A DNA stretch of 64,000 bases from Nostoc sp. DedSLP01 (GTDB taxonomy: Bacteria; Cyanobacteriota; Cyanobacteriia; Cyanobacteriales; Nostocaceae). The position numbers were made by a program, and so were the translations under genes. Shown in pieces: positions 20,430 through 30,906 of the stretch. The stretch is taken from assembly GCA_034530875.2 (NCBI GenBank), contig JAVRCJ020000004.1, positions 288,001-352,000 on the forward strand, in the 5' to 3' direction. The notes under the pieces are model-generated. The model ran no database searches. It was given only the letters and a program-made list of their open reading frames with translations, and was not told the DNA's origin. Numbering within the stretch: the stretch's first letter is position 1; each line of letters begins with the position of its first letter.

Positions 20430-23400
20430 TTACAGGAGAACTACAGCGATCGCTCCTCCGAATGCAGAGAAAATGGCGGAGACCAGTGCTGTGGCAAATA
20501 GCCACCAGGCTGCTGTAGCTGCTGCTTTACGGGTTTCTTCTGCTTGCCGCTGTGCTTGATGTTTTACTTCTTCGAGGCGGCGTTGGGCTTCTTGCTGGAT
20601 GCGTTCTGCACGTTGCAATACTGTGTTGCGTGCCCGTTCGATTTGGTCAACGATCCGGTTGGCATCCTCTTGGGATATGTCCTCACGAGAACTTAGGATT
20701 GCTACTAGTGTATCGCGGTCAAAGGAAGCTAGGCGATCGCGCAAGGCTTCAAACCCTGCTTGGGGATCTTCAAAAAAGACGCGGACATCGCGTTTAATAC
20801 TATCATAGTTCAATTCTGGGCGATCTAGGGAATTGAGATAGTTACGGATACGGGCAAAAACTCCTTCAATTGCATCTTGAATGCCGCGTTGAATGCTTCG
20901 TACTTGTTCTACAAATTGATCTCTAACGGAGATCATGTTATCGGCAATCCGCGCTGCTTCATCATCGGTGATATCTTCGCGGATTTTTAGCAGGGCGATG
21001 ATGGTAGAACGGTCAAAATGAGCTAGGCGATCGCTTAAACTTTCCACTCCGACTCGCGGATCGTGTAACAGTAGTTGCAAGTCGCGCTTAATACCTTCTG
21101 GATTGAGTTCTTCTTTACCAGTTTGCCGCAAATACTCTTCCAGATAAGCTTTGAATGTGTCTACTCTTTGCTGGGTGCGGGTAGCTAAACGACGAGGCGC
21201 ACGTACAATGTTGCGAATCGAGGTTTGCATGGAATCAATGACTTGATTAACTTGTTCTTCACTCAAGTCTTGACGTTGGCTGAGTAGTTTTACCAATGTA
21301 TCCCGGTCTAATTGAGACAAGCGATAGCGCAGCGCTCTAGCTCCCTCTTGGGGATTGTCAAACAATCTGTTCAAATCCCGCTGAATACCTTCTGGATTCA
21401 GTTCTTGTTTGCCTGTGTTCCGCAGGTAATCTGCAATGGTGGTAGTAACTGAATCGTATTGCTCTTTTGCTTTGTCTGCTAAAGCTTGGGGCGTGTGGCG
21501 CATACCATGCCAGGACTCTTCAACGGCATTGATAGCTTGATTAACTTGAGTTTCACTCAAATCTTCCCGCTGACTCAACAACTGTACCAATGTATCGCGG
21601 TCAAAGCGAGACAACCGCGCCCGAATCGCAGCAATTCCAGCTTGGGGGTCGTCTAGTAACTTTTTGAGGTCGGCGCGGATGGCATCAGGATTGAGTTCTG
21701 ATTTGCCAGTGTTACGCAGATATGATTCGACATTCAACCACAGAGTTTCTGCTTGATATTGCGCTTGTTCTGCTAGACCTTTGGATTCAAATAAAGCGCG
21801 ATCGCGTTGTCTTTCCAACTCGTCCAAAATGCTTTCGACTTCATAGAGCTGGATATCGCTGCGTTCGAGCAATATCTGCCGCATTTCGGCACGTTCGATG
21901 TGCGCCAGCCGCAACGTCAGGGTTTCATAATCTACATCTGCGTCTTGCAACAGTGGTTTGAAATCTCGTTCGATACCTTCTGCTGTCAAATCGGATTTGG
22001 GAGTAACCAGCAGGTAACTTTCAACTCGGCGTTGTAAATCTTGGACGATTTCTCTTTCTTCTTCAGCTGTGACTATTACCAGCACGTCTTTACGCACTGT
22101 TTCTAATCTGTCTGCAATGCGCTGAATTTGACTTTGGGTAAGCAGTCCCCGCTGTTGCAAAATATTAACGAAATCGTTACGGGATAGACGTTCTAGTTCT
22201 CGGCGGACTGTACCAGGATCGGCTGCTTGGTCGTAGATAACATTGGTAAATTCCTGAGCAATTCTTTCTTGGCTGAGTTGCCAAGCATAAGTATTGAGCA
22301 GGTAATTTTCGATATCAGCGCGAATCGGGCTGTAGGGTTGGGATGGTGTGGGCAAACCTAGCTTATCTGCTTGTTCGGTAACCTTGTCTTTAGCTGTGGT
22401 GAGGCTACCTAAGATTTTTTCCACATCCAAATCGGATAAATCAGCCCGTCCCAACACGATACCGGTTAAAGCAGAGATTCCTTGCTGGAGTGTGCTTTGA
22501 ATCGGGCCGGGTGCGGCTTTTTCGTTAGCTTGTTTGGAACTACGGGTTTCTGAAACTAACCGATCCAACTTGGCATTGAGTTCGTCTGTCTTGGTTTGTC
22601 CGGGTGGTAGCGATTTGAGATAATCGATTAATTCGCCCAAACGGTCTGGGGTGGGTGCTTGCTGGCTAACTACTTGTTGCCAAACTTTATATAAAGTATC
22701 AGAGATGCGTTCAACATCTCTTTTAGAAAGGTCGGTACGGCTGCTGACTAATTCGATAAACTTTTGGCGATCGATGTTGCGGAGATCTGGACTATCAGCG
22801 ATCGCTTTTACTTGCGGATCGTTGAGTAAATTTTCAAAATCCCTGCGAATTTTCGATATATCCAATTCTGGCGGACGCAGCCTGTCTAAATAATCCTCAA
22901 TGTTTTCCCGAATACTTACTGGGTCGATGGCGCTTCCGAGTTCCCGGCGTACAGCAGCGGCGGCGGCTTCAGCTGTGGCTACAACTTGGTTATTAACAGC
23001 TTTTGCCCCTAGTGCGGCGGTAGCAGTCCCCATAATTGCTTGAAAGCCAGAGGTTGCCGTATTCACAACCGAACCAATTAAGGAACCGACGGTGGTGGAA
23101 CTTACCCAAACCAAAAGCAAAAAGTAAGCACCCCAAATCACCAAACCGAGAATTGCCCCTAACCTTGGGTCTAAAATCACAAGGCTCAATTTAACGGCCA
23201 AGAAACAGGCAATTAACAAAGCAATGGTGACAGTGACTAACGTCCAAATCCCTACTGCCGTACCAACCTTGCGAATAGTACCGCCAAAACTTCCGGCTTC
23301 GCCATCACCTGAATCCGAGTCAGATGAACGTCCCAGGTAGGAAATACCCGCTGCAACTGAGAGATTAGTAAGAACTAATTGAAAAGCAAAGGCTAAAATT

Positions 23401-23540
23401 ACGCCGGAGACTAAAGCCACAAAAAAACGCGGCCCCGAAGGCGTAATCACTGAGGGATCTATTGAATTATTTGCTGAAATCTGTACTAACCACAGTGGTG
23501 GTTTGTAGAGTCCCAGCATGATTTCCGTACTTTGAAACAT
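20430..23540 (-). CDS. Large membrane-anchored helical repeat protein of unknown function
   Basis: Three N-terminal and one C-terminal TM segments; repeated YLRxTGKxELNPEGI..DL..L..DP..G..L..RL..DRDTLV.LLSQR.DLS units. Confidence 0.85.
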   Translation of the reverse strand: MFQSTEIMLGLYKPPLWLVQISANNSIDPSVITPSGPRFFVALVSGVILAFAFQLVLTNLSVAAGISYLGRSSDSDSGDGEAGSFGGTIRKVGTAVGIWTLVTVTIALLIACFLAVKLSLVILDPRLGAILGLVIWGAYFLLLVWVSSTTVGSLIGSVVNTATSGFQAIMGTATAALGAKAVNNQVVATAEAAAAAVRRELGSAIDPVSIRENIEDYLDRLRPPELDISKIRRDFENLLNDPQVKAIADSPDLRNIDRQKFIELVSSRTDLSKRDVERISDTLYKVWQQVVSQQAPTPDRLGELIDYLKSLPPGQTKTDELNAKLDRLVSETRSSKQANEKAAPGPIQSTLQQGISALTGIVLGRADLSDLDVEKILGSLTTAKDKVTEQADKLGLPTPSQPYSPIRADIENYLLNTYAWQLSQERIAQEFTNVIYDQAADPGTVRRELERLSRNDFVNILQQRGLLTQSQIQRIADRLETVRKDVLVIVTAEEEREIVQDLQRRVESYLLVTPKSDLTAEGIERDFKPLLQDADVDYETLTLRLAHIERAEMRQILLERSDIQLYEVESILDELERQRDRALFESKGLAEQAQYQAETLWLNVESYLRNTGKSELNPDAIRADLKKLLDDPQAGIAAIRARLSRFDRDTLVQLLSQREDLSETQVNQAINAVEESWHGMRHTPQALADKAKEQYDSVTTTIADYLRNTGKQELNPEGIQRDLNRLFDNPQEGARALRYRLSQLDRDTLVKLLSQRQDLSEEQVNQVIDSMQTSIRNIVRAPRRLATRTQQRVDTFKAYLEEYLRQTGKEELNPEGIKRDLQLLLHDPRVGVESLSDRLAHFDRSTIIALLKIREDITDDEAARIADNMISVRDQFVEQVRSIQRGIQDAIEGVFARIRNYLNSLDRPELNYDSIKRDVRVFFEDPQAGFEALRDRLASFDRDTLVAILSSREDISQEDANRIVDQIERARNTVLQRAERIQQEAQRRLEEVKHQAQRQAEETRKAAATAAWWLFATALVSAIFSAFGGAIAVVLL

Positions 23541-23975
23541 CGTATTTCCTTGTCTTAGTGTTTAATTTTTGGGGGATAAAGAATTTCCAAAAGAAGTAAC
23601 TCTTAGTATTTATCTGTGTATCTATGGCAATACCTAACTCTTTAGATCAGAATCGTAGAATTTAGGTGTAAAAAGCATCTCTCCAAAGATTGAAGAGTCT
23701 ATCCAGCGGAAGATATAAATTTTATTCTGTTTTGAAATAAATATTATCCACTTTAATAATTGCTATTAACATATATAGCTTTATTTTTGAAAATTTGGAT
23801 TATTTTTTTTGCATTATTTTTTGATTGAATTATGGTTTACTGACAAATACAAAGCTTTAGTTTAAATACCTATATTTTTCACTACCTCCAGGGTGATTTG
23901 TTTCCAACAATACGCTATTAACCATCGTCCAGAAGAAGTGCTTGTAGTTTGTGCCTAGAGGCAGAAACCAATTTA

Positions 23976-23993
23976 GTTACAAATAGTTACATT
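23976..23993 (+). promoter_or_regulatory. HLR1 element (RpaB binding site) upstream of hli genes
   Basis: GTTACAAA-TA-GTTACATT matches (G/T)TTACA(T/A)(T/A)-N2-(G/T)TTACA(T/A)(T/A). Confidence 0.7.
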
Positions 23994-24212
23994 AGAGTTA
24001 ACAAATGAATAATTGAGGGCAAACAAATGACAACTAACTATTGTATAAACTCGCCAATAATTGGAACGGGATAGAATGCAATTCGTCAGTTGTAGTTTCT
24101 TTGTTACCAATAACAAATGACCGATGGCTAATAAAAGTCTTAACTAAATAATGTGCAACCTGAAATGCGCATTAAAGACTTAAAAATCAGTTCAATTTGA
24201 GAGGAAAAAACA

Positions 24213-24425
24213 ATGGAAACTCGTGAAACTCGTCCTTCTACCGATTTACCAACTGTAGCTAATGCATACAACGGCCGCGATCGCAATGAATTTCTCTTTG
24301 GCTGGACTCCCCAAACCGAAATTTGGAATGGTCGTTTTGCAATGATTGGCTTTCTTGCTTATTTACTTTGGGATTTAGCCGGTTTTAGCGTGCTGCGCGA
24401 CGTACTGCGGATAATTGGCTACTAA
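24213..24425 (+). CDS. hli: High-light-inducible protein (CAB/ELIP/HLIP)
   Basis: EIWNGRFAMIGF chlorophyll-binding motif, single TM helix. Confidence 0.92.
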   Translation: METRETRPSTDLPTVANAYNGRDRNEFLFGWTPQTEIWNGRFAMIGFLAYLLWDLAGFSVLRDVLRIIGY

Positions 24426-24466
24426 CGCTTCAATACTCAAAAACCTATTAAATTTTGGAGAAAAAA

Positions 24467-24679
24467 ATGGCAACTCAAGAAACTCGTCCTTCTACTGATT
24501 TACCAGTCGTTGCACCAGAATATAACGGTGTAGACCGCAATGCTTTCTTATTTGGCTGGACTCCCCAAGCTGAAATTTGGAACGGTCGCTTGGCGATGAT
24601 TGGCTTTCTTGCTTATTTGCTTTGGGATTTAGCTGGTTATAGCTTTGTCCGCGATGTATTGCACATCGTTGGATACTAA
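24467..24679 (+). CDS. hli: High-light-inducible protein, tandem paralogue
   Basis: EIWNGRLAMIGF; GGAG RBS before ATG at 24467. Confidence 0.92.
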   Translation: MATQETRPSTDLPVVAPEYNGVDRNAFLFGWTPQAEIWNGRLAMIGFLAYLLWDLAGYSFVRDVLHIVGY

Positions 24680-24760
24680 AGATTGGTAAACAAGATTTGC
24701 CTTTTTTAAAGATGTAGCTAAATGGGGATAAAAACCCCTCGTTTACCTACAAAATGACTG

Positions 24761-24789
24761 GTAGAGACGTTGCACTGCAACGTCTCTAC
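24761..24789. repeat. GTAG-type REP-like palindrome
   Basis: GTAGAGACGTTGCA-C-TGCAACGTCTCTAC; related copy at 50462-50490 and a degenerate copy at 9702-9729. Confidence 0.75.
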
Positions 24790-24816
24790 ATGCGTTTGTA
24801 TGGGTTCTCAATTCTG

Positions 24817-26202
24817 TTACAGCAAAAACCGAATTAAGACATAAAAAGCCGAAGTTACTAACTGCAATAACATCACTGGGATACCGTAGTGTAAAAAAGT
24901 TTTAAACGATATTCGGCGTCCGTGTTGCTCGGAAATACCAGCAGCTACGATATTAGATGATGCTCCTACTAGTGTGCCATTACCTCCTAAAGTTGCACCA
25001 AACATCATGGCATAAAATAGCGGTAATACTTCAGTTGGAAACTGTCCTTGAAAGTCTTGCGCTAAAACTTCTGCGGGTGCTAAACCAACAGTGACAAGAT
25101 ACTGTTTGAGTAAAGGCACCATCGCTACTACTAAAGGAATATTGGGTACGACGCTTGATAGTATCCCTACAACAAATAATAAAACTAGCGAACCGAGAAT
25201 AATATTTTTTCCTAAAATAACTGCTAATATTCCTGATAAACTATCGATCACCCCTGTTTTTTCTAACCCTCCGATGAGTATGAAAATACTCATAAAAAAT
25301 ATTAATGTACTCCAATCTACGTCTCGTAAAATATTATTCACTGAGTCAATTTTGCTGTGGTGAGATAAAAGCAAAGCTAATGCTGCTCCTAACAAAGCTA
25401 CGGCAGCAGGAGAAACGGGAACTGGTAGAGATTCTCCAATTACAAAAAAGATTAGTACGAATAATACAATAACCGCACCTATGCTTAAAACTCGGGGACG
25501 ATCGATTTGGGGATGTGGCAGATCTTCAAGATTATCTATTTTTGTATTCCAAATTTTACGGAACAAAAATGGTAGCGTGGCAACTACTGTGGCAACGGCA
25601 ATTACTCCTCCTAAACTCAATTTAAATAAATAGTCTGTAAAAGTAATATTTATTGCATCACCAACAATAAATGTCGCTGGGTCGCCCACTAAAGTTAGCA
25701 GCCCGGCACTATTAGCAATAAAGACCATTAGAATTAATAAAGGTACGAAATTTATGCCAATTTCTTGCGCGATTGGCGGAATCAGAGGTGCCAATAACAT
25801 AACTGTTGTCGCATTCGGCAAAACAGCACAAATTGGTGTCACAAGAGCCACAATACCGAGTAATAAACGCTTGCCTTGTCCTTTGGCAAGGATGACTATT
25901 TGAGTTGCTAAATATTCAAATATTTTTGTAGGCTCAAAAGCCCGTACTAGCACCATAACTCCAAAAAATAAGCCGAGTGTTCCATGACTATTGCCGATGT
26001 AACCCACAGCTTGTTGCAAGGTCATGACGTTACAAAAAACTAATAACAATGCTCCCAATAAAGCAGCGATGGTGAGATGTACCCATTCTGTCATCACTAA
26101 AATGATGACGCCGATAAATGTAACCACACTAAGAATCGCTTGCCAGTTTTCCACACTTAACTCCCAAAGTTGAATTGATTGGATATTAGCGAAAAAAGCC
26201 AC
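24817..26202 (-). CDS. ArsB/NhaD (SLC13/P-protein-like) ion permease
   Basis: NSAGLLTLVGDPATFIV, VDWSTLIFF, LGGNGTLVGASSNIV motifs; many TM helices; exact start uncertain. Confidence 0.85.
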   Translation of the reverse strand: MAFFANIQSIQLWELSVENWQAILSVVTFIGVIILVMTEWVHLTIAALLGALLLVFCNVMTLQQAVGYIGNSHGTLGLFFGVMVLVRAFEPTKIFEYLATQIVILAKGQGKRLLLGIVALVTPICAVLPNATTVMLLAPLIPPIAQEIGINFVPLLILMVFIANSAGLLTLVGDPATFIVGDAINITFTDYLFKLSLGGVIAVATVVATLPFLFRKIWNTKIDNLEDLPHPQIDRPRVLSIGAVIVLFVLIFFVIGESLPVPVSPAAVALLGAALALLLSHHSKIDSVNNILRDVDWSTLIFFMSIFILIGGLEKTGVIDSLSGILAVILGKNIILGSLVLLFVVGILSSVVPNIPLVVAMVPLLKQYLVTVGLAPAEVLAQDFQGQFPTEVLPLFYAMMFGATLGGNGTLVGASSNIVAAGISEQHGRRISFKTFLHYGIPVMLLQLVTSAFYVLIRFLL

Positions 26203-26266
26203 CTAAATCTAGGTGACTTATCTAAGATGAGAATTTAATAAAAATTATTGAAATTCTGAATAGCGA

Positions 26267-26902
26267 TTATTCATCAATACAGCTAGGAATACCCAAAACG
26301 GCGCAGGGAAAATCAGATTCTAGTGCTTCAATCATCGGATGATTGAGAGATTGACAGCCAACAAATAGGATATCCGCAGCTTCTAATTCCACGACTTTTC
26401 TCAGTTCTGTGGAAATGGAACCAAATCGCAAATGAGATTTGAAAGAACCTTGCCATTCTTCAGCCAAACTTCGCGCTTGCCAAAGAATTCTATCTGCCTC
26501 TTGTAAGGGAGTGGTGGGTGTCTCGAATTTGGGGTGAGTTAAAACAAGTGTGGCAGATTTTGAGATTTCACTAAGTTCGCATTCCAATAAAGGCTGTGGT
26601 ATGGGAAAATTTAAGATATTTGGATACTGGTTGCTTTGATTGTCTTCTAACACATAAACAGCTTGGACTGTAACTTCTGTATTGGTGGCTAAACGCGTTT
26701 GGTGTGCAATCCAAAAAGCAATATCCAATGCTGTATGGCTGTGAGGAGAACCATTATATGCAACAATTAAGTTAACTGAATTTGATGCGGCAGATTGTTC
26801 CAAAAATGAGTTTTTTGGTTCTGGCAATAATACCATTTGCTCAATTAAATCATCTCGACCGATCGCACTTTGCAAACGTGCTAACATTGGCTTAATTTTC
26901 AC
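26267..26902 (-). CDS. Universal stress protein family
   Basis: LIVAYNGSPHSHTALDIA, ADILFVG USP motifs; start likely GTG 26902 or ATG 26887. Confidence 0.8.
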   Translation of the reverse strand: MKIKPMLARLQSAIGRDDLIEQMVLLPEPKNSFLEQSAASNSVNLIVAYNGSPHSHTALDIAFWIAHQTRLATNTEVTVQAVYVLEDNQSNQYPNILNFPIPQPLLECELSEISKSATLVLTHPKFETPTTPLQEADRILWQARSLAEEWQGSFKSHLRFGSISTELRKVVELEAADILFVGCQSLNHPMIEALESDFPCAVLGIPSCIDE

Positions 26903-27094
26903 AGCTTTACTTCTCCAAATAAAATTTACTAGGAATGAGAAGCAGGGCAACCAATTTTGGATTTTGTCATTAATCCTCTGTCTCTTGTCCTTTGTAAATT
27001 ACTAAGGACTAATGACCAATGACTAATAACTAAAATTGAAAATCGGTAGAGGAAACCCCAATGATAACTGTATTACAGCCAAGTGTTGGGGGTT

Positions 27095-27290
27095 CCTTCC
27101 ATTGCCTACGGAGTTAGCTGACGGGCTAAGACTGGAAGGTGTCTCTCTCTTGGGAGTACTGACTACTGAGTGCTGAGTTAATATTAATAATTACTAACTC
27201 CTAACTCTTAACTCCTAACTTTGTATGAGATTAGCCCCACAATATGGTTCCTCCGTTCCAAATCCAGCTTTCATAAATTTGAATTAGGCT
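27095..27290 (-). promoter_or_regulatory. c-di-AMP riboswitch (ydaO/yuaA class) upstream of USP-ArsB/NhaD genes
   Basis: Minus strand reads GCCTAAT...GGAACGGAGGAACCA..TGGGGCTAATCT...CCTTCC..GCCCGTCAGCTAACTCCGTAGGC..GGAAGG. Confidence 0.88.
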
Positions 27291-27318
27291 ACCCACTCAA
27301 AAAGAATGATAATCTACT

Positions 27319-28158
27319 TTACTCGTTTTGGGTGAAATATCGATCTAGGAAGTTGAGGGCGTGGTTGCGGAGTTCAAAATATTCTTTTGAGTTGCGCATG
27401 GCAGCGCGATCGCGTGGATGCTCAAAAGGAACTTCTAATACTTCACCAATAGTAGCAGCCGGCCCGTTGGTCATTAACACGATGCGATCGGACATGTAAA
27501 TTGCTTCGTCTACATCGTGGGTAATCATCATCACTGCTTGGCGATGATTTTCCCAAATATCTAATACTTGCCGCTGCAATTTACCACGAGTTAGCGCATC
27601 TAACGCTCCAAAAGGTTCATCCATTAATAACATTTTGGGACGAATTGCTAAAGCTCTAGCAATACCTACCCGTTGTTTCATACCTCCAGAAAGTTCGTCA
27701 GGATACTTATCAGCCGCCGCCGTTAAGTTTACCATCGCCAAGTGTTCGTTTACAATGCTAATTTTTTCAGATCTATTAGCATTTTTTAACACTTCATCTA
27801 CAGCTAAACGGATATTTTCTCGCACTGTTAACCAAGGTAATAATGCGTAATTTTGAAACACCATCATTCGCTCTGCACCAGGTTTACGGATTTCTTTTCC
27901 GTCTAAACGGACTGAGCCAGAAGTTGCTTTTTCTAAACCCCCGATAATCTTCAGTAGGGTTGATTTTCCACAGCCAGAGTGACCAATTACAGAAATATAT
28001 TCATCTTCACCAATCGTTAAATTCACTCCATCTAAAACAACAAAATTGTCTTTATCTGGTGTCGGATAAGACTTAACTAAATTTTCAATTTCCAGAAATC
28101 CAGGACGGGATATAACTTGGTTTTGGGTATCAATAGGTAATGAGGTATATTCCATCAT
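27319..28158 (-). CDS. ABC transporter ATP-binding subunit (NrtC/D-CmpC/D-like)
   Basis: GHSGCGKST Walker A, LSGGMKQRV signature, DEPFGALD. Confidence 0.92.
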   Translation of the reverse strand: MMEYTSLPIDTQNQVISRPGFLEIENLVKSYPTPDKDNFVVLDGVNLTIGEDEYISVIGHSGCGKSTLLKIIGGLEKATSGSVRLDGKEIRKPGAERMMVFQNYALLPWLTVRENIRLAVDEVLKNANRSEKISIVNEHLAMVNLTAAADKYPDELSGGMKQRVGIARALAIRPKMLLMDEPFGALDALTRGKLQRQVLDIWENHRQAVMMITHDVDEAIYMSDRIVLMTNGPAATIGEVLEVPFEHPRDRAAMRNSKEYFELRNHALNFLDRYFTQNE

Positions 28159-28293
28159 CAAATGCTCCAACAATAATTTAGTCACGGTGAATATTTGAAC
28201 CTAGTATTTACAGCAGATTTCAAGGATAGTGAAGCACACCATCTATGTTTAGTAGCTAGGTCGAGAGCTAATTGTGAATTCTGAATTCTGCTG

Positions 28294-29736
28294 TTAAGAC
28301 ATGAAAAAACGAGTTGGAGCATTCGCCCTGATAGCAAAACTATTCAGATAGCCCACTGGATCGCTGGGATCGAAGCCTTTCTTATCTATAAATACTTCTG
28401 GTGCTTCGACTTTGTAATCATCCTTAGGACATTTAATGCCCATTTCGCTTGCTATCTCGCGATATAAATCTGTTCTCCAACCTTTTTCGGCTAGTTTTTC
28501 AGCATCTTTAGGAAATGCTTTAATTTGTCCCCATCTTGCTGCTTGAGTCATCAGCCAAATGCTTCTAGATCTCCATAAAAATGTTGAATGTTCTCCTGGC
28601 TGTTTGGGAATGTTATCTGGAATATCAAAGAAAATTGTGGTGTCAGCGGCTTGAATTGTGCGGTCTTTGCCATCAAATCCGCCATAGTTGTAGTTCCCAA
28701 CAATTGCCGGGGCAGTAAACTTGGCAATTGGAGCCTTTTTATTTTTCGGTCTTGCACCTGTGAAGGAACGGTCTGTTATCAGTTCGGCAACTTCTTGGCG
28801 ATTTTCCGGTTTGCTGCAATACTGGCAAGCTTCAATCATGGCTTTGACCAAGGAACGATAGGTTTTGGGATAGTTCTCGATGAAAGATTCCATTACCCCT
28901 AAAAGTCGGTCTGGGTGTCCCAGCCAGACTTCTTTGCCTTGGGCGAAGGTAAAGCCGATGTTTTCGTTTCCTGTAATTGCTCTTGTGTTCCAGGGTTCTG
29001 CAACCATGTAAGCTTGCATGGCGCCAATTCGCACGTTTGTTACCATCTGGGGCGGGGAAACAATGATGATGCGAAATTCTTTGAGAGGATCGACACCAGC
29101 AGCGGCAGATATGTAACGAACAAAGTATTCGTAAATGGCGGAACTGAGAACAACTGCCCAAACTTTATTTTCTACTGGCTGACTATCGAAGTAGCCTCGA
29201 AAATCTTTGCCGAAGGCTTCTAGGGCGCCATCGCCGTATTTTTCTTGGTATTCGTACCAGGGACGCAACCCATAATCCCACATGGCTTTGTTCATGGTCA
29301 TGGCGTTACCGTGGCGGTGGATGGTCATGGCTGCACACATAGGGGCGTGGCGTGCGCCTTCGGCACCAATTCTGGCGTTGGTAACGGCACCAGATACTAC
29401 GGGTGCAGCATCCAAGCGACCAAAAATTACGCCGTCGCGGGACGTGGCCCAACTGGCTTCGCGGTTGAGTGTGACGTTTAAACCATATTTGCGAAAGAAG
29501 CCTTTTTTCCAGGCGATCGCAAATGGCGCACAATCATTTACGGGAACGTATCCAACGGTAAGATCGGGTTTTTCTAATTCGCTGGATTTAACTATCGGTT
29601 GGACGGCTAAGGCTTCTTCTGTTAATCCTTTGGCGGATCTATCTCCTGAAACTGCACAGGAAGAGAGGGCTATTGTGGCTGTGGTTGCTCCTACTCCTTT
29701 AATAAAGTCTCGTCGAGTGTAGTTGCGATCGACCAT
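28294..29736 (-). CDS. ABC substrate-binding lipoprotein, CmpA/NrtA family
   Basis: TRRDFIK Tat motif and LSSC lipobox after ATG 29736; GYVPVNDCAP, AEPWN motifs. Confidence 0.9.
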   Translation of the reverse strand: MVDRNYTRRDFIKGVGATTATIALSSCAVSGDRSAKGLTEEALAVQPIVKSSELEKPDLTVGYVPVNDCAPFAIAWKKGFFRKYGLNVTLNREASWATSRDGVIFGRLDAAPVVSGAVTNARIGAEGARHAPMCAAMTIHRHGNAMTMNKAMWDYGLRPWYEYQEKYGDGALEAFGKDFRGYFDSQPVENKVWAVVLSSAIYEYFVRYISAAAGVDPLKEFRIIIVSPPQMVTNVRIGAMQAYMVAEPWNTRAITGNENIGFTFAQGKEVWLGHPDRLLGVMESFIENYPKTYRSLVKAMIEACQYCSKPENRQEVAELITDRSFTGARPKNKKAPIAKFTAPAIVGNYNYGGFDGKDRTIQAADTTIFFDIPDNIPKQPGEHSTFLWRSRSIWLMTQAARWGQIKAFPKDAEKLAEKGWRTDLYREIASEMGIKCPKDDYKVEAPEVFIDKKGFDPSDPVGYLNSFAIRANAPTRFFMS

Positions 29737-29951
29737 TTTTTGACTCCATTGATAGCTCAATTTTGGATTTGGTTGAATCCAAAATTTAAATTTGCTGATT
29801 AATTGCTCGCGCACAGACGCTCCAGGCGCAGAGTTTGCAAAACAATTGAAAGTAGATTTCAAGTTCTGACTTCTGACTTCTGAATTCTGACTCCTGTTAG
29901 CGTAGCGGGGCGTAGCCCATTCTGAATTCTGAATTCTGACTTGTGTTGTAA

Positions 29952-30803
29952 TTAATTGGCAGATGTGGGGCGGCGAGTTACTATTTCTTGAATTTTACCG
30001 ACGATGTAATCAAGAATTAAGCCGGTTAAGCCAATTACTAATACGGCTAGAAAAACTGAACTGAGGTTTAAGCGACTCCATTCATCCCAAACGAAAAAGC
30101 CGATACCAATACCACCTGTGAGCATTTCTACGGCGACGATTACCAGCCAAGCTATGCCTAAACTAATTCGCAAACCTGTGAAAATATAGGGCAAACTTGC
30201 AGGCCAAATAATTTTGAAAATCTGCCGCCAACGTGGCATTTCTAATACTTGTGCCACGTTTAAATAATCTTTGGGAACGCTAGAAACTCCTAAGGCGGTA
30301 TTAATAATTGTCGGCCATAAGGAAGTGATAAAGATAACAAAAATGGCTGAAGGATCTGCCAAGTTGAAAATAGCTAAAGCAATGGGCAACCAAGCTAAAG
30401 GCGATACGGGTTTAAAAATTTGAATGATGGGATTGAGGGCTAACATTGCCGGTCTCGACATCCCAATCAGAAAACCTAGAGGTATGGCTACTAACGCACC
30501 TAACAAAAAGCCCAATATTACCCGCCGCAGACTTGCTAGCAATAACCAACCAATTCCTAAGTTACCAGGGCCGCGTTGGTAGAAGGGATTTAAGATGTAG
30601 TCGAGATTCGCTGATAGTGCTTCTGGTGGGGTAGGCATTAATTCGTGGTTGGCAAGTGCAACAATCCACCACAACACGATTATTCCTAAAAAACCCAAAA
30701 CAGGTAGAAAGACGACATCTTTAGTGATGACTGGTTTTGTTTTTTTCCAAGCGGCTTGTCCAGCGATCGCCGCGATCGCTGCTAAATTTAATTGAAAGAT
30801 CAT
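29952..30803 (-). CDS. ABC permease, NrtB/CmpB family
   Basis: PVSPLAWLPIAL, WPTIINTALGV, GLRISLGIAWLVIVAVEM; start at MIFQLN. Confidence 0.9.
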   Translation of the reverse strand: MIFQLNLAAIAAIAGQAAWKKTKPVITKDVVFLPVLGFLGIIVLWWIVALANHELMPTPPEALSANLDYILNPFYQRGPGNLGIGWLLLASLRRVILGFLLGALVAIPLGFLIGMSRPAMLALNPIIQIFKPVSPLAWLPIALAIFNLADPSAIFVIFITSLWPTIINTALGVSSVPKDYLNVAQVLEMPRWRQIFKIIWPASLPYIFTGLRISLGIAWLVIVAVEMLTGGIGIGFFVWDEWSRLNLSSVFLAVLVIGLTGLILDYIVGKIQEIVTRRPTSAN

Positions 30804-30906
30804 TTTCAACCTCAACAGGGTTAAACGCAGGTACAAAAAACCGAGCAGTACCAGCCTTGGACACTGATGAGATCGGAACATTACAAAAATGCCGTCTCTT
30901 CAGTCT

